Assembly (NCBI RefSeq): GCF_006345805.1 | Contig: NC_043008.1 | Location: 63,798,001 to 63,862,000, forward strand | Length of the DNA: 64,000 nucleotides | Origin: Octopus sinensis | Taxonomy: Eukaryota | Reading direction: 5' to 3' | Shown here: positions 12,281 through 25,629 of the stretch, one piece after another | Numbering within the stretch: the stretch's first letter is position 1 | Layout of the letters: each line of letters opens with the position of its first letter | Position numbers and translations under genes: made by a program | Notes under the pieces: model-generated | What the model saw: the letters and a program-made list of their open reading frames with translations, nothing else | Told to the model about the DNA's origin: nothing | Databases searched by the model: none

Positions 12281-13200
12281 CTTCAACACACGAACTCATA
12301 TAAAGAATCTTGCAAGCCAAATCCCAAAACGAAATACATGACATAATATTACTAAAAAAATGACAGCTTGAAATAAATGATTACTACACAAAGGAAACAT
12401 CAGAAAATGGCTTGTATAGCAGAAATTAAAATGATTGGACATTATAAGATGGTTTTGCAAAGCAGAATGCGATGGAAACATTTATTATTCTGTATTAGCT
12501 GTAATAATCAGGACTAGATGTGATTGAAGACATGCAATATGTTTTAAAAAATGGATATTTGTTTCAAATCTCTTCATTCTAGTTTCACATTTATAGCTGA
12601 CAGTACCTGTTTCCGTATTTATCTAGAAGTGAGGTCAATAATAAATATACCAATTATATATTGACAGTGAATCATTCAAGTGGCTGCCCTTCTCTTGAGA
12701 CATTTTGTCAGAGAATATCAAAATGCTGGTGTGTCTTATAAAACAGTAAAAGTAGAAAGATCAAAATGCCCGAGACAGTAAGGTAATGTGAAAGGAAGTT
12801 TTCCTCATATATGGGATAAATGCATCATTTTTCTGGTAAAAAGTCAAACCTGACATAATCTGATTGCAAAATATTTTTGAGGTCACTGTTCACGAAATGA
12901 ATGCAGATTAAGTAATGTTAACATGAGTACATAAGGTGATGCAGGAATGAAGAGTGGCACCATCTGCATAGTAGTGGGTGCTTTTGGAGGGTGATGCCAA
13001 GTAAGTCTCTTTTATATGTTGGGGAAAGAGTGCCCAGGACAAAACTAAATCAAGAATACACCAGGAGTTGATAAACTTTGGATGAGAGAAGACACTAACA
13101 ATTCATGGATTCGAACTCTGAATATATAAAGCCAGAAGAAATACCACAAGGCATTTTTTCAACACTTTAACAACTCTGCTAATCCACTGCCTTACTACTA

Positions 13201-13282
<82 letters not shown>

Positions 13283-13309
13283 GAAAAAAAAAATAATAAT
13301 AATAATAAC

Positions 13310-13835
13310 AGAAAAAAAGATGGTATAGGCACACACCAGAAAAGGTCACAGAAAACGAGAAAGCAACCATACTCTGGGATATGCCGATACACACAGATAG
13401 AGAAATTAAGGCCAACAGACCAGATATAGTTGTCAGAGATCATGAAGAAAAAAAATGCTTTCTAATTGATGTATCAATACCGGCAGATGACAACGTGTCT
13501 CTAAAAGAAATGGAGAAACTCTCAAAATACAAAGACCTGGAAATAGAGGTAACTAGAATGTGGAACCGGAAAACAGAAACAATTCCTATCATAGTAGGTG
13601 CATTAGGCATGATAAAAAAATATTCAGACAAATACATAACAAAAACACCAGGACTTACAAACACATATAACATACAGAAAATTGCACTACTAGGCACTGC
13701 ACACATCCTACGCAGAACACTTTCCATACAATAACCATCAGAGCATCACAACAAATCACAGCACATACCCAAGGCACACAGAGCTGCGCTCGGTAGTGAA
13801 GTGAAAGCACGCTATAAAAATAAAACTACTGAATA
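13310..13835 (+). mobile_element. R4/Dong-like LINE 3' fragment (RLE domain)
   Basis: ORF 13381-13734 DREIKANRPDIVVRD...LIDVSIP..NVSLKEMEKLSKYKDL; ends aaaactactg-(aat)n. Confidence 0.92.
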
Positions 13836-13866
13836 ATAATAATAATAATAACAATAATAATAATAA

Positions 13867-14137
13867 TGTGAACTCTAAAAACAGAAACAATTCCTATCAT
13901 AGTAGGCGCATTAGATATGATAAAAAAAATATTCAGACAAATACATAACAAAAACACCTTGACTTACAAATATATATAACATGCAGAATATTGCACTACT
14001 TGGCACTGCACACATCCTATGCAAAACACTTTCGATACAGTAAGCATAAGAGCATCAAACCAAACCACAGCACATACCAAAGGCACACAGAGCTGCACTC
14101 GGTAGTGAAATGAAAGCACGTTATAAAAATAAAACTA

Positions 14138-14140
<3 letters not shown>
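13867..14140 (+). mobile_element. Second, shorter R4/Dong-like 3' fragment in tandem
   Basis: Near copy of 13559-13835 lying between (AAT)n tracts. Confidence 0.9.
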
Positions 14141-14176
<36 letters not shown>

Positions 14177-14603
14177 CCTTTCTAGTAAAGGAACAAGCCT
14201 GAAATTTAGTGGGAGAGGACTAGTCAATTACATCGACCCCAGTGTTTCACTGGTACTTAATTTGTCAACCCCAAAAGGATGAAAGGCAAAGTCGACCTCA
14301 GTGGAATTTGAACTCAGAATGTAGCAATGGGTGAAATACTGCTAAGCATTTCATCCAGAGTGTTAACGTCTCTGTCATCTTGCTGCCTTAATAATCCTTT
14401 CTACTGTAGGCACAAGTCCTGAAATTTTGGTGGAGGGGGCCAGTTGATTAGATTGACTCCAGTAGACAACTGGTACCTAGTTTATCAACCCAGAAAGACA
14501 AATCAACCTCTGCAGAATTCAAACTCAGAACATAAAGACAGACAAAATACCACTAAGTGTTTCATCCAGCATGCTAACAATTCTGCCAGCTTGCTGCCTG
14601 CCT
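14177..14603 (-). mobile_element. Two tandem SINEs (family D): 14177-14388 and 14396-14603
   Basis: gaaaggcaaagtcgacctcagtggaatttgaactcagaa core shared with 16093, 19417 and 36620. Confidence 0.8.
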
Positions 14604-14604
14604 T

Positions 14605-14695
14605 AATAATAAAAATAGTAATAATAATAAGAAGAAGAAGGAGAAGAAGAAGAAGAAGAAGAAGAAGAAGAACAATAATAATAATAATAATAATG

Positions 14696-14757
<62 letters not shown>

Positions 14758-14840
14758 AAGAAAAAGAAGAAAAAGAAAAGAAAAAGCAACAACAACAGCA
14801 ACACTAACAACAACAACAACAACAACAATATCAGCAACAA
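14605..14840. repeat. Compound (AAT)n/(AAG)n/(AAC)n microsatellite
   Basis: Read directly. Confidence 0.95.
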
Positions 14841-15524
14841 TAGAAACTAGTAAATCAGTGAATTATTGAAGACAGGCAAAATAGGAAAAAAAAAAAAAAC
14901 TTTAGTGTAGTAGGGATTGATTACTGAAAAATCATTTCAGTGCATACCACTCTTGTGAATATCGTAGATACTTAATACAAACAAAATAGCTGCAATACTT
15001 AATATAGTACATCAACCAGACAATATCAAAATGGGAAGGAAAAAAAACAAACCGTTTTGCTACAAGGCAAAGAAAAGATGATTAAAAACAAACCTATAAG
15101 AAAACGAATATATTTTAAGGAGACTCCTTATCTCTTCTTCTCCTCTGTCTAGCACAGACCCTATTAAGTAATCTGTTAAATGAAAACACCAACAGTTATA
15201 AATGCTTTAGACCAACAACAGTTAAACTGCAGCTTTCAAAGCTACTATGTGTTGCTCTGGAGATAATGATAGGTTCTAGCGTTATTTTCGTTAAAGCTGT
15301 TTTAATATCCAACCGACTGGATTTTAAAGTATTAACTGTAAACATGAAGACTCTATAAAAGCCAGCAATGTGCAGTGATTAATCAATTTACTTTAGTGCG
15401 CAAAATTATGTAGCAGTATAGTGACATGTCATAAATATAATTTTAGAAAGTATATGTTACAGCTCTCTGAACATAAAACTATATAATATGTGGTTCTTCT
15501 TCTCCTCAAATAATTTGGTCATCC

Positions 15525-15800
15525 CAGCTATGAACAAACTATAAACCATCTCCTCTTTATGGATGACTTAAAACAATTAACAAAAAATAATACCCAGCTG
15601 GTTGACATACAAAAAAAATTGTTTGGCCAGGATATAAGAATGGGTCTTAGACTAGATATATGTGCCAAATCAACTATAACTGAAACTGAGAACATTAAGT
15701 TAGATACAGGCACCTAAATTGGTTAATTAAACACGAACCTTCCATTATATCTACTTAGGTCTGGATGAAACTGATAAAGCGCAACACGTGAAAATGGAAA
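15525..15800 (+). pseudogene. Degenerate RT fragment of an R4/Dong-like LINE
   Basis: INHLLFMDDLKQL...FGQDIRMGLRLDICAK, matching the HLLYMDDLK..DIGMxFGLDKC motif. Confidence 0.75.
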
Positions 15801-16092
15801 ATGAGAAAATTATTTAAGATTCTAACATATGTGTCATCATCATCGACATCCTTGTCATTTAATGCCCACTTTTCCATTATTGCATTGGTCAGAGTGAATT
15901 TTATGAGGCAGATTTTCTACAGCTGGATGCTCTTCCTGTTGCCAACACTCACCAGTTTCCAAGCAAGGGAATATTACTCATAGCCAGAGCCAGACATGTT
16001 TTCCATCAAAGACTGGAAGCGAATATTGCTTTTATGATGGAGGTGCTTGTTCACATCCATCACATGATGTTAAGACAATGGCACACATAAAC

Positions 16093-16307
16093 TATTTCCT
16101 TACTACCCACAAGAGGCTAAACACAGAGTGGACAAACAAGGACAGACAAACGGATTAAGTTGATTACATCGACCCCAGTGCGTAACTGGTACTTATTTAA
16201 TCGACCCCGAAAGGATGAAAGGCAAAGTCAACCTCGGTGGAATTTGAACTCAGAATGTAACGGCAGACGAAAATACTGCTAAACATTCTGCCCGGCGTGC
16301 TAACAGT
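16093..16307 (-). mobile_element. SINE family D
   Basis: Shared core; TSD ggcacacataaac at 16080-16092 and 16308-16320. Confidence 0.88.
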
Positions 16308-16471
16308 GGCACACATAAACACACACACATATACATATGATGCACTTCTTTCAGCTTCCATACACCAAACTGACACACAAGCCTTTGCTCAAAACAAAAG
16401 GATACAAATATACATGGCTCTTCTTTTACACAAACAATCAAGAAAAATAATAAAAAAACTACAAACAATAA

Positions 16472-16820
16472 AGGTAAAAGGTAAAGACCCCCTTCGGTCA
16501 TGAATGACCATGGGATTGCACCTAGAAAGTTACCCTTTGAGGTATGAGTCCAGGCAATGTTGTTTGTGGAAGACCAGCAGTCACTCATGCATACCAGCCG
16601 GAATTCTCTATGCCATCAATATTGTCCAAGGGAAATGCAAAGGCTGATACAGCTTGGCACCAGTGACTTTGCAGCTCATTGCTACAGCTGAATGAACTGG
16701 AGGAATGTGAAATAAAGTGTCTTGCTCAAGAACACAACACACAGCCCAGTCTAGGAATTGAACTCACTATCTCATGACTGAAAGCCTGACACTCTAACCA
16801 CTGAGCCATGTGCCTTCACC
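16472..16820 (-). mobile_element. tRNA-derived SINE family C
   Basis: ggaattgaactcac...ctctaaccactgagccatgtgcc is the reversed tRNA head. Confidence 0.88.
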
Positions 16821-17480
16821 AACTATTAAAACATAGAAAAACATTCACAATAAAGCACAGCTCAAGTAACACACAGACACAGTTGTATCACCCAAAGAAC
16901 AATGCTACATGCACTTCAAGAAAATGCAGGTGCAGAAGAAACTAACATGAAAGTGTTGAAAAAAATAATCATAGTAATTTTTCCTTTATTGTCCACAAGG
17001 ACTTGGTGAGATACAGAAAAGTTCAAAGAAATAATAACTAGCTATTTTACAAAGAAAATATGTGGAGTGAGGTGGATAAGATCTTCAAACACTAGAAGAT
17101 GAGTAAAAGACATTATACAATATATAAATAGAAGAACTGAAATTTTAAAACACAAACATCTTCACAGAAATAAAAAATATATATAAACAATAAACCATTG
17201 TAATTGAAGCAAGTTATAGTTAAAAGTAAATGAAACATTAAAAAAAAAATGGCTAGGTCGTGTTAGAGCACCCCTTATCTTTACATATCTACCTTTCTGT
17301 TTTTGTCTTGTGCACCCAAAAGCACCCATTAACATTTCTGCGAATTGTTTGAAATAATACCAAAATCTTCAGAGTAGAACTGTCTCAGTTCTTTATAATA
17401 CCTTTTAGATTTAACTACCAACCTATTTTTACCTTGTTTCTCAATCATTTTTCCTCTATGAACTCTTTTGATTCCCACTT

Positions 17481-17656
17481 TACTCATGTCAACTCCCGTC
17501 ATTTGATATTTAAAAGAATCCTATTAATCATGTCAACTCTCGTCATTTGATATTTAAAAGAATCCTATTAATCATGTCAACTCTCGTCATTTGATATTTA
17601 AAAGAATCCTATTACTCATGTTAACTCCCGTCATTTGATATTTGAAAGAATCCTAT
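17481..17656. repeat. 44-bp minisatellite, 4 copies
   Basis: tactcatgtcaactcccgtcatttgatatttaaaagaatcctat starting at 17481, 17525, 17569 and 17613. Confidence 0.95.
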
Positions 17657-17688
17657 CATACTTTTATAATTAGAAACCAGCACGGAAT

Positions 17689-17739
17689 TTTGTCAGTGAA
17701 CAGGTCATGGTCTCAAAGTGACGGAAATATTTTGACAAA
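17689..17739 (+). ncRNA. Hammerhead-like motif with G3:C8 core variant
   Basis: tttgtca-GTGAACA-g-gtcat/ggtctcaaa/gtgac-GGAA-atat-TT-tgacaaa; perfect 7-bp stem I, 5-bp stem II, palindromic AATATT stem III; A13 appears mutated to G. Confidence 0.55.
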
Positions 17740-17872
17740 TTAAATTTAAATGTTGAAGTGAATCTAACGGATTTTGCGTATTTCTTAAATGGCTTATAAA
17801 CACCTTCCACACTGCAATTGTTTTCGTTCCAGCACACAATCTCAGATCAGGTCATTTGCTATGCAAGTACAT

Positions 17873-18350
17873 CATCATCCTCATCCTCGTTTAATGTCCG
17901 CTTTCCATGCTAGCATGGGCTGGACGATTTGACTGAGGATTGGAGAAGCAGATGGCTGCGCCAGGCTCCAATCTGATCTGGCATAGTTTTTTTATGGCTG
18001 GATGCCCTTCCTAACGCCAACCACTCTGAGAGTGTAGTGGATGCTTTTAATGTGCCACCAGCACGAGGGCCAGTCTAGCAGTACTGGCAATGGCCATGCT
18101 CGAAACTGGTGTTTTTTATGTGCCACCTGCACAGGAGTCAGTCCAGCAGCACTGGCAACAACCTCGCTTGCATGTTTTGTTCATGTGCCACCAGCACAAG
18201 TGCCAGTGAGGCGACACTGACAATGATCATGCTCAAATGGTGCTCTTTACATGCCAGACAGCTGCTCTGGCAGTGATCCCATTTGGATGGAGCTGTTAGC
18301 GCTTCACTGGCATGGGTGCCAGTCATCGAATTTGGTTCAATTTCGATTTC
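17873..18350 (-). mobile_element. RTE 3'-UTR-derived repeat
   Basis: cgtttaatgtccgctttccatgctagcatgg... as at 10490 and 52680. Confidence 0.88.
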
Positions 18351-19221
18351 ATCTCTATAATTTTATAATTAGATATTATTAGAAATTGTTCCTCTTTTAA
18401 GAACCTATGCATCCAGTTCTCATCAGTACAATCTCATTACTGTGCAACCTTCTAAGAGTTGTAAAGAACTTTATGGTACCAGTTTCTTCCCTCGCACCTC
18501 TGAACATTCCTTTCCACATTCTTGTTTTCCTCTTAAAAGACCTCCAGTCTTTTAAGTCTAATGTATATCATCACCAGTTGACTTCTATCTAGTGTCCATT
18601 TTATTTTAGTAGCTCTTACGTTTTCAGTGGTTTAAAGACCTTGTAATGAGTGAATGGTTTAAAAAAATGATAAATAAAAAAAAATAAAATTGTTAAAATA
18701 TGTTGTGCATCATAGAAGTATAACTATTTTTTTTTTCTTTTACATTTACTGGTTTCAACCGAAGACTGGGGCAATGCATTTATAACATAGGATGGACTAC
18801 CCAAGACTCAAACCTTCGTTACCATGGCAGCTAGTTGATCACAGACAGACTTTCAAGAGTCATATGGACCCAGAATAGTGCTTTAATGAATCAATAAACA
18901 GTTGCATAAGACTCAAATTTTAAGGTGGTGAGCAAAAGCTGAATTTACTGCTGTAATTCATGGCACTTAATTTATTGATTATGGAAAGATGAAGGAGGAA
19001 TATGACTGGTGAAATATGGTATAATGGCTAATAATATTTTTGCTTTCTCGTCGGTTTTCTATATTTGGCTTCTTTTTACATTTTTGCATTTGGCTTCCAG
19101 TCTGTGCAGCATATATATTTTTAACAGGAATATATATTTAATTAACTTAGTCTAGTATATTCCACACAGAAAATTATTTAATCTTTGAAAGTTTGATTTT
19201 GTGTGTGTTTGTGTGTGTGTG

Positions 19222-20276
19222 TACAAAGGTCAGCTGGAAAGTTCATAGGCTAACCAAGAAACTCTCATAGGAGATTTATTTTTCAATATAGTCAGCCACC
19301 CTACCTTGTGATCCACACACTTATGCCATTGGTGTTGCAGTTCTTGGATCTCCTTGGTGAACAAGCTTTCATCATGTTGGTCAAAACAGACATTAAGAGC
19401 AGGTATTACATCTTCATCTGCGAGCTGGCAGAATTGTTAGCATGCCGGCCAAAATGCTTAGCAGTATTTCGTCTGCCGCTATGTTCTAAGTTCAAATTCC
19501 GCCAAGGTCGACTTTACCTTTCATCCTTTCGGGGTCGATAAACTAAGTACCAGTTACGCACTGGGGCCGATATAATCGACTTAATCCATTTGTCTGTCTT
19601 TGATTGTCCCCTCTGTGTTTAACCCCTTGTGTGTAGTAAAGAAATAGGTATTACATCTTCACTGCAATACTACCAAATTAGGAGAATAGGGAGAGTGATA
19701 AACCAGTTCAAAGCCACAGTCATGCAGGGTAGCCTTGGAAAGAAAGGAGACTTGTGTGCTGGAGCATTATACTGATGAAACAAGACAACTTTCATCAGTT
19801 TTCCTGAGCATTTGGTGTTTCAGAACTCTCTCCATCGATGGTGTGGCCATTTTGAAAATAATCAATAAGCAGAATGCCTTTTGATTCCCAACAAGCTGAG
19901 GCCATCACATTCCCTGCAGATGAAACGTCCTTGACCTTTTTTGGAGTAAATGAAGAGAGCTGTTTCCACTGCATGGATTGTCTTTTTGCCTCTGGCTTAA
20001 AATAATGAACTCAACACTCATCCAGGGTAAGGAAATACTTGAGGAAACCACTTGGATCTGCCTGAAACAATGTCAGATTTCCATGCAGTGTGATAGGCCT
20101 GGTGCATTTGATTTTTATTTTGATGTTGATGTACTTGACTCAACAGGTCTCCTCAAGCACAGCAGGTCACCCTACAATCCAAGGGTCGCCCTGTCGAAAT
20201 TAATGCATACAAGATTTCACAGCTCTAGCATCACTCCTTCAGAATCAGCCTATGAAATTTTCAGCCCACCCTCATA
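19222..20276 (-). mobile_element. Internally deleted mariner-family transposon
   Basis: ~32-bp TIRs tacaaaggtcagctggaaagttcataggctaa / tcagcctatgaaattttcagcccaccctcata with TA ends; minus strand LFHQYNAPAHKS resembles the HDNAPAH motif. Confidence 0.8.
19417..19645 (+). mobile_element. SINE family D inserted in the mariner
   Basis: 16-bp TSD aggtattacatcttca at 19401-19416 and 19646-19661. Confidence 0.92.
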
Positions 20277-21637
20277 TATAAACAAAAGTTATTTCATGTT
20301 AGGGCAGTAAGTTCTTTGTCTTGCAGCATCCTCATAAAAAGAGCAGATGATAAAAAGATACTCTATACAATACTGACAAAGAAACCATTATTTTTTGGTC
20401 ATAACTGAAATATTTCTCTATTTTCATCACAATTCCAAAGATAAGAATTGTATTTGAATAATAAATAAACCTTGCCTGACAGATAGGGATATTAAAATAG
20501 GAAAAACTGATCTCTTACATAGGCATTAGCAAACATTATTGTGATGAAATGTAGTAAAGAGTTTTCATTAATTATTTTTTTCCTTCCATCCACCCTGTCC
20601 TAGAATATAAGACTGATATCTAATAGTTAAGTAGGTGAAAACATATTAATGTTTGGAACATTAAAAAGCTAATGTAATAGTAGATATGGAGTGAGTACTA
20701 TATAGAAGTAGTGGGTGTAAGAAGGATTCTTCATAAAAGACCTCATCTTATGTCTGTAAAGATTTAGTATCGGTAGCAGCAACTGGCATTTTTAAAATGG
20801 GCCAATAATAAATTTGTGCGCTTTTTGGTGTTCAATTACACCTCATATTTTTTGTTGGTGGAATATGATTCCTTATTGAGTGAATGATATTGTCCTTTCT
20901 CTATATATTCTAAATAAAGCTGTTTGAATCATTGTCATTGTTTTAACTGGAAATTTTCCATGCAACCATGGGTTGAAGGAAAATTTACTGGAGAAGTATT
21001 TTATGACTTGATGCCTTTTCTGTCTCTAATTCTTACCTGTTTTCCAATTAACAGGTAAGAATTAGAGACTTCTATTCATTTGTCTTTGAAAGTTGGAAAC
21101 CACAGAGCTTATTGTTTACAGGAAACATGTAAAGATGACGTCACTGTTTTGCTCAAAAAATGCCAAGCAAAGACAGAGAAAGAGAAAGAGAGAGAGAGTA
21201 AGAAAGCAAATCGACATACACACACACACAAACAAACAAACACACACACATACACACATACATGCACGCATGCACATATAAGTTTAAAAATACACATCAT
21301 CATCATTTTAATGTCCACTTTTCTATGTTTGTATATTTCAAACAAAATCCATTATACCAGAATTTTTTACGAATGTATGCATTTCTTCCTGACAGACCCC
21401 ATATGTTTCCATTTTTCCAAGCAAGGTTATACTTCCCCTTTAGATCATCAAACATGAATAACATAAATTCTAGACATATTATCATGGAAAATTACAAGCA
21501 AACGGCACTACTTGTATGATAGTAATGTTTATTTATAATTAATACACAATATCAAAACAAGGTGACACAAATACACACATATACATATTCATATTCTCAC
21601 ATACATGGACACACACATATATGCATGTATATATATT

Positions 21638-23183
21638 AGGGTGTTCGAAAAGTGACTGTATTTTACCAGAAGGGATATAAAAACGAATGTAAATTACATT
21701 CATTTGAATAGTTTTAATCAAAAATGTAATCCTCATAGCTTTCAACAACTGCAGTCCAATGGGAAAGTAACTTTTTTATACTACATTTTGTTCCTTCTCG
21801 AGCCATGCCTAGCTCATAAGGGCAGGTTTTCCGGCTTCCTTGGCGTATAGGTTCCCCACCTGGACAGGACGCCATTCTGATGCAGGTGAGCTGCAAGATG
21901 CAGGAGGAAAGAGTGAGAGAAAGTTGTGGCGAAAGAGTCAGCAGAAGTTCACCATTACATTCTGCTGGAGCCGCATGGAGCTTAGGTGTTTCGCTCATAA
22001 ACACACATATCACTGGGTCTGAGATTCGAACCTATGATCCCTTGACCGTGAGTCTGCTGCTCTAACCACTAGGCCATGTGCTTCCACATACCACATTCAC
22101 AGAAACTTATTACTTTTGCAGAACAAGATGTCTGAAAGACTGTTTTCAACTTCCTCTCTGCTTCTGAATGTACTAGTTATTGGAACAGGCGGAAGTCCAT
22201 CGCTGCTAAGTCAGGTGGGTATGGAGGAAATAGAAGAACTTCTCATCCTAGCACTCTAATTTTTCCTTGGGTTTGTTTGGAAAAGTGTGGCTGTGCATTG
22301 TCATGCTGGAGAATAACACTTTTCCTATTTACCAAAGTTGGTTACTTTCAACATAATTTTTCATTTATACAATCAAGTTGTTGGCAATAGACATCTGCAT
22401 TGATGGTTCTTCTATGTTCCTGTATCTTGTAAGGAAAGATACATTTCATGTTCCACCAAACACAAAGCAAAGATTTTTGTGGATGGAGTTCTGCTTTTAG
22501 TGTTGGCACTGGCCTCGCATTACATGATAGCCATTGTCATTTTTGTTTACAGTTGTAATGCAAAATCCATTTTTCATCACCTGTAACGAAGCATTGCAGA
22601 AATGACAGGTTGTGATTACTTGTTAGAAGACTGCTGCAGGGAACATTGTGTTTGGTTCTCAAATGTAAGCTCAGGTAAACCCAAATTCCCTTTTTGCATG
22701 TTTTTCCAATTTGCTTTAGATGTTTCATGGAAAGTTCAACATGACATATTAAATTTTTACACCATGTCTCTGGTGCTTTGAAGTGGAGCCAATATAACAG
22801 TCTTATTCAAAAGGTCGTCATTCAGAGTGGATCGTCTTCCAGAGCAAGGTTTCTCACAAGTGTCATCTTTAAACCTTTTAAAACACAGCTGACCTGTATA
22901 AGCTTTCACAGCATCCAGATACACTTCACAAATGGTTTTCATTGCTCCTGTATCAGTACTTTTCTTTTGAAACTCATACATTAAACAATGAAGAATATGT
23001 TGTTTCATAAAGTTCTTATCCTCAATGGGGATAATTATCAAAAAACTATGAACAACACACTGCCAGATAGAAGAGATGATATACTATTTCCAGACAGCTC
23101 CTGCACATTTGACCTTGGGTCTGGTGTGATTGGCTAATTGAGATTACATAGTGGTGAAAAAGTACAATTACTTTCTGAACACT

Positions 23184-23185
<2 letters not shown>
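21638..23185 (-). mobile_element. Decayed near-full-length mariner transposon
   Basis: TIRs agggtgttcgaaaagtgactgta / tacaattactttctgaacactct; transposase relics HILHCLMYEFQKK...KRFK...SGR and GIWV...FVTGDEKWILH. Confidence 0.88.
21788..22087 (-). mobile_element. tRNA SINE family B inserted in the mariner
   Basis: Reverse copy of 7081-7384; TSD atac(t/c)acatt. Confidence 0.9.
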
Positions 23186-23219
<34 letters not shown>

Positions 23220-23220
23220 G

Positions 23221-23267
<47 letters not shown>

Positions 23268-23271
<4 letters not shown>

Positions 23272-23470
23272 TAGAAAAGAAAACCACCTTTTATCAATTC
23301 CCCAATGAAAGACTTAAATTATACCATATAGAAAAAAAATACATCCCATAGAAAATATTAAATATAAAATAAAAACATATAACAATGATTAAGTAATGTG
23401 CAAAATGATAAATAAAATGTATATATTTGGTAAAATGACTACACATGTTTCGTGGCTATATTTAAGAAAT
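23268..23470 (-). mobile_element. Truncated relative of the 570-3407 element carrying the 3' half of its hammerhead
   Basis: aaattagaaaagaaaaccacc...gaaagacttaaattataccatatagaaaa resembles 570-640; minus strand tatagccac-GAAA-catgtg-TA-gtc at 23437-23460. Confidence 0.65.
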
Positions 23471-23507
23471 GATAACAGTAATAACAGTAGAGAATAATAT
23501 TCCCTAA

Positions 23508-23562
<55 letters not shown>

Positions 23563-23605
23563 GTTATTGTTGTTATCATTATTATTATTATCATTATTAT
23601 TATTA

Positions 23606-24033
23606 TATGTTTGACTTTTGCTTTATATTTGTACAAGTTGGCTCCAAGTCTCACCCGAAGACCTCAAGAGACAACAGGTTGGAAGTTCATGTTGTTGTTA
23701 TGCCTAGTGTGCCATATATTTGGTGGTTTTTGTGCTGTACTGGTGGATGTCGGAAAAAAAAAAAAAGTTTGTTTTAAACCTTGAGATTACATAGAAAGTA
23801 TTTGGCGTAGGATATGAGCAGTTCCCATGAGCACTATCTTGTGAATTTTTGCCATTTTGGGGTTTCCTGGTATCTGAGTTAGGTAGCAATCAGCCCCTTT
23901 TGCTATCATTCCCAGGGCACCTATGACAACAGGTATTGTTTTAGTCTTCAGGTTCCACATTTTGCTGATTTCTATTTCAAGATCTTTATATTTGCTCAGT
24001 TTTTGGTAGGTCTTGACAGATACGTTTATATCG
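23606..24033 (-). mobile_element. R4/Dong-like LINE 3' fragment (second subfamily)
   Basis: Minus strand KTYQKLSKYKDLEIEISKMWNLKTKTIPVVIGALGMI; flanked by (ATT)n; reverse of 36857-37280. Confidence 0.88.
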
Positions 24034-24159
24034 ATTATTATTATTATTGTATCGTTATATCGATTATTATTATTATTATTATTATTATTGTTATTATTAT
24101 TGTTGTTATTATTGTTATTATTATTATTATTATTATTTATATTTTATATATATAGTAGT

Positions 24160-24613
24160 GTGGCCATGAAATCGTAGTCATGGTCATGAAATTGTAGTTT
24201 TGGCTGATGCTAGTGCCATCTGACTGAAATTGTAGTCACAGCTGATGCCAATGCCGTCTAACTGTCACCCATGCCGGTGGCATGGGAAAAGTACCGTTCG
24301 AGCTTTGGGCATCATGGAGGCAGTGACAGGTGACCAAGACCTTTGGTGATGTACCATGTTTGTGCAGGTCTGTCAAGCCAAGTGAGATCATAGTCATGGT
24401 TGATACCTGTGTCACATCAATGGCACCCATACTGGTGGCACATAAAAAGCACCCACTACATTCTTGGAGTGGTTGGCAATAGGAAGGGTATGCAGCTGTA
24501 GGAACCTTGCCAAATCAGAGTGGAACCTGGTGCAGTTCCCTGGCTTAGCAATTTTCAGTCAAACTGTCCTGCTTATACCCATATGGAAAGCAGATATTAA
24601 ACAATGATGATGA
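24160..24613 (+). mobile_element. RTE 3'-UTR-derived repeat
   Basis: aaaagcacccactaca...ggaagggtatgcagctgtag...atggaaagcagatattaaacaatgatgatga. Confidence 0.75.
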
Positions 24614-24775
24614 TATATAGCCGGCCCAAACTGCAAAGATGATCTGGAACTCAACTGAGGTCAGGAAGCTCCAAATGACCCCATCCTTGTTTATTCCTGT
24701 CTTTTTTTGTATTGTCTAACTGTCCAGATGTTTTGTAGTTGTCTGTTACGTCCTTGTTCCATTTTTTGTTTTCTT

Positions 24776-24824
<49 letters not shown>

Positions 24825-25033
24825 ATATATAATATATATATATATTATATAAAAGGGCTTAGTAAAATAAATTACTTTGCCGCATACTGAACTCATTAGA
24901 AATAGCAGCTAAAAAAACTTTTTTAAAACTATTTCTAATACTTAAAGAAAACCTCTCTCATGTAGTGTTTGCTCAACTCAACTCACGAAAATATGGGGGT
25001 AGAGACATTAAAAAATCAAGTGCAAAGGTTATT

Positions 25034-25086
25034 TGAGAACGTACGTTTCAAGATTAGTCAAACTCGACATTTCTATCATCAGCTCA
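25034..25086 (-). ncRNA. Mirror copy of the type-I hammerhead motif
   Basis: Exact reverse complement of 25630-25682. Confidence 0.75.
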
Positions 25087-25629
25087 GAACTCCCTGGTTT
25101 GGATTTGAAAACACTGAAAGTGGGAGCATACCCTTTCGGCTTCCTATCGCTTCTGAAGATCTGCTCGTAACTAACAGTGCCAACAAACTCAAAAATGCAA
25201 GCGAAGAATTTCTGCTCTCCCCTTTCCACCAGCGTGGGTTAAAATCAGCAAACACTATGCTTTTTTCGGTAAAATCCAAGGCATTATATAGAGAGAGATG
25301 AATTATAATTTCAACAATTGAGGGTAAAATTAATTAATTAATCAATTTCACCAAGTATTCAGTATGCACCAGTATTAATTAATTAATTTTACCCTCAATT
25401 GTTGAAATTATAATTCATCTCTCTATATATAATGCCTTGGATTTTACCGAAAAAAGCATAGTGTTTGCTGATTTTAACCCACGCTGGTGGAAAGGGGAGA
25501 GCAGAAATTCTTCGCTTGCATTTTTGAGTTTGTTGGCACTGTTAGTTACGAGCAGATCTTCAGAAGCGATAGGAAGCCGAAAGGGTATGCTCCCACTTTC
25601 AGTGTTTTCAAATCCAAACCAGGGAGTTC

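Larger units (their letters stand above)
17662..18373 (+). mobile_element. ~230-bp non-coding element with 13-bp terminal direct repeats, interrupted by an RTE-3' repeat
   Basis: ttttataattaga at 17662-17674 and 18361-18373; contains the hammerhead-like motif at 17689. Confidence 0.55.

Noticed and set aside
17481-17656. CRISPR-like regular repeat
   Set aside because: Units are contiguous with no unique spacers; eukaryotic context and no cas genes.
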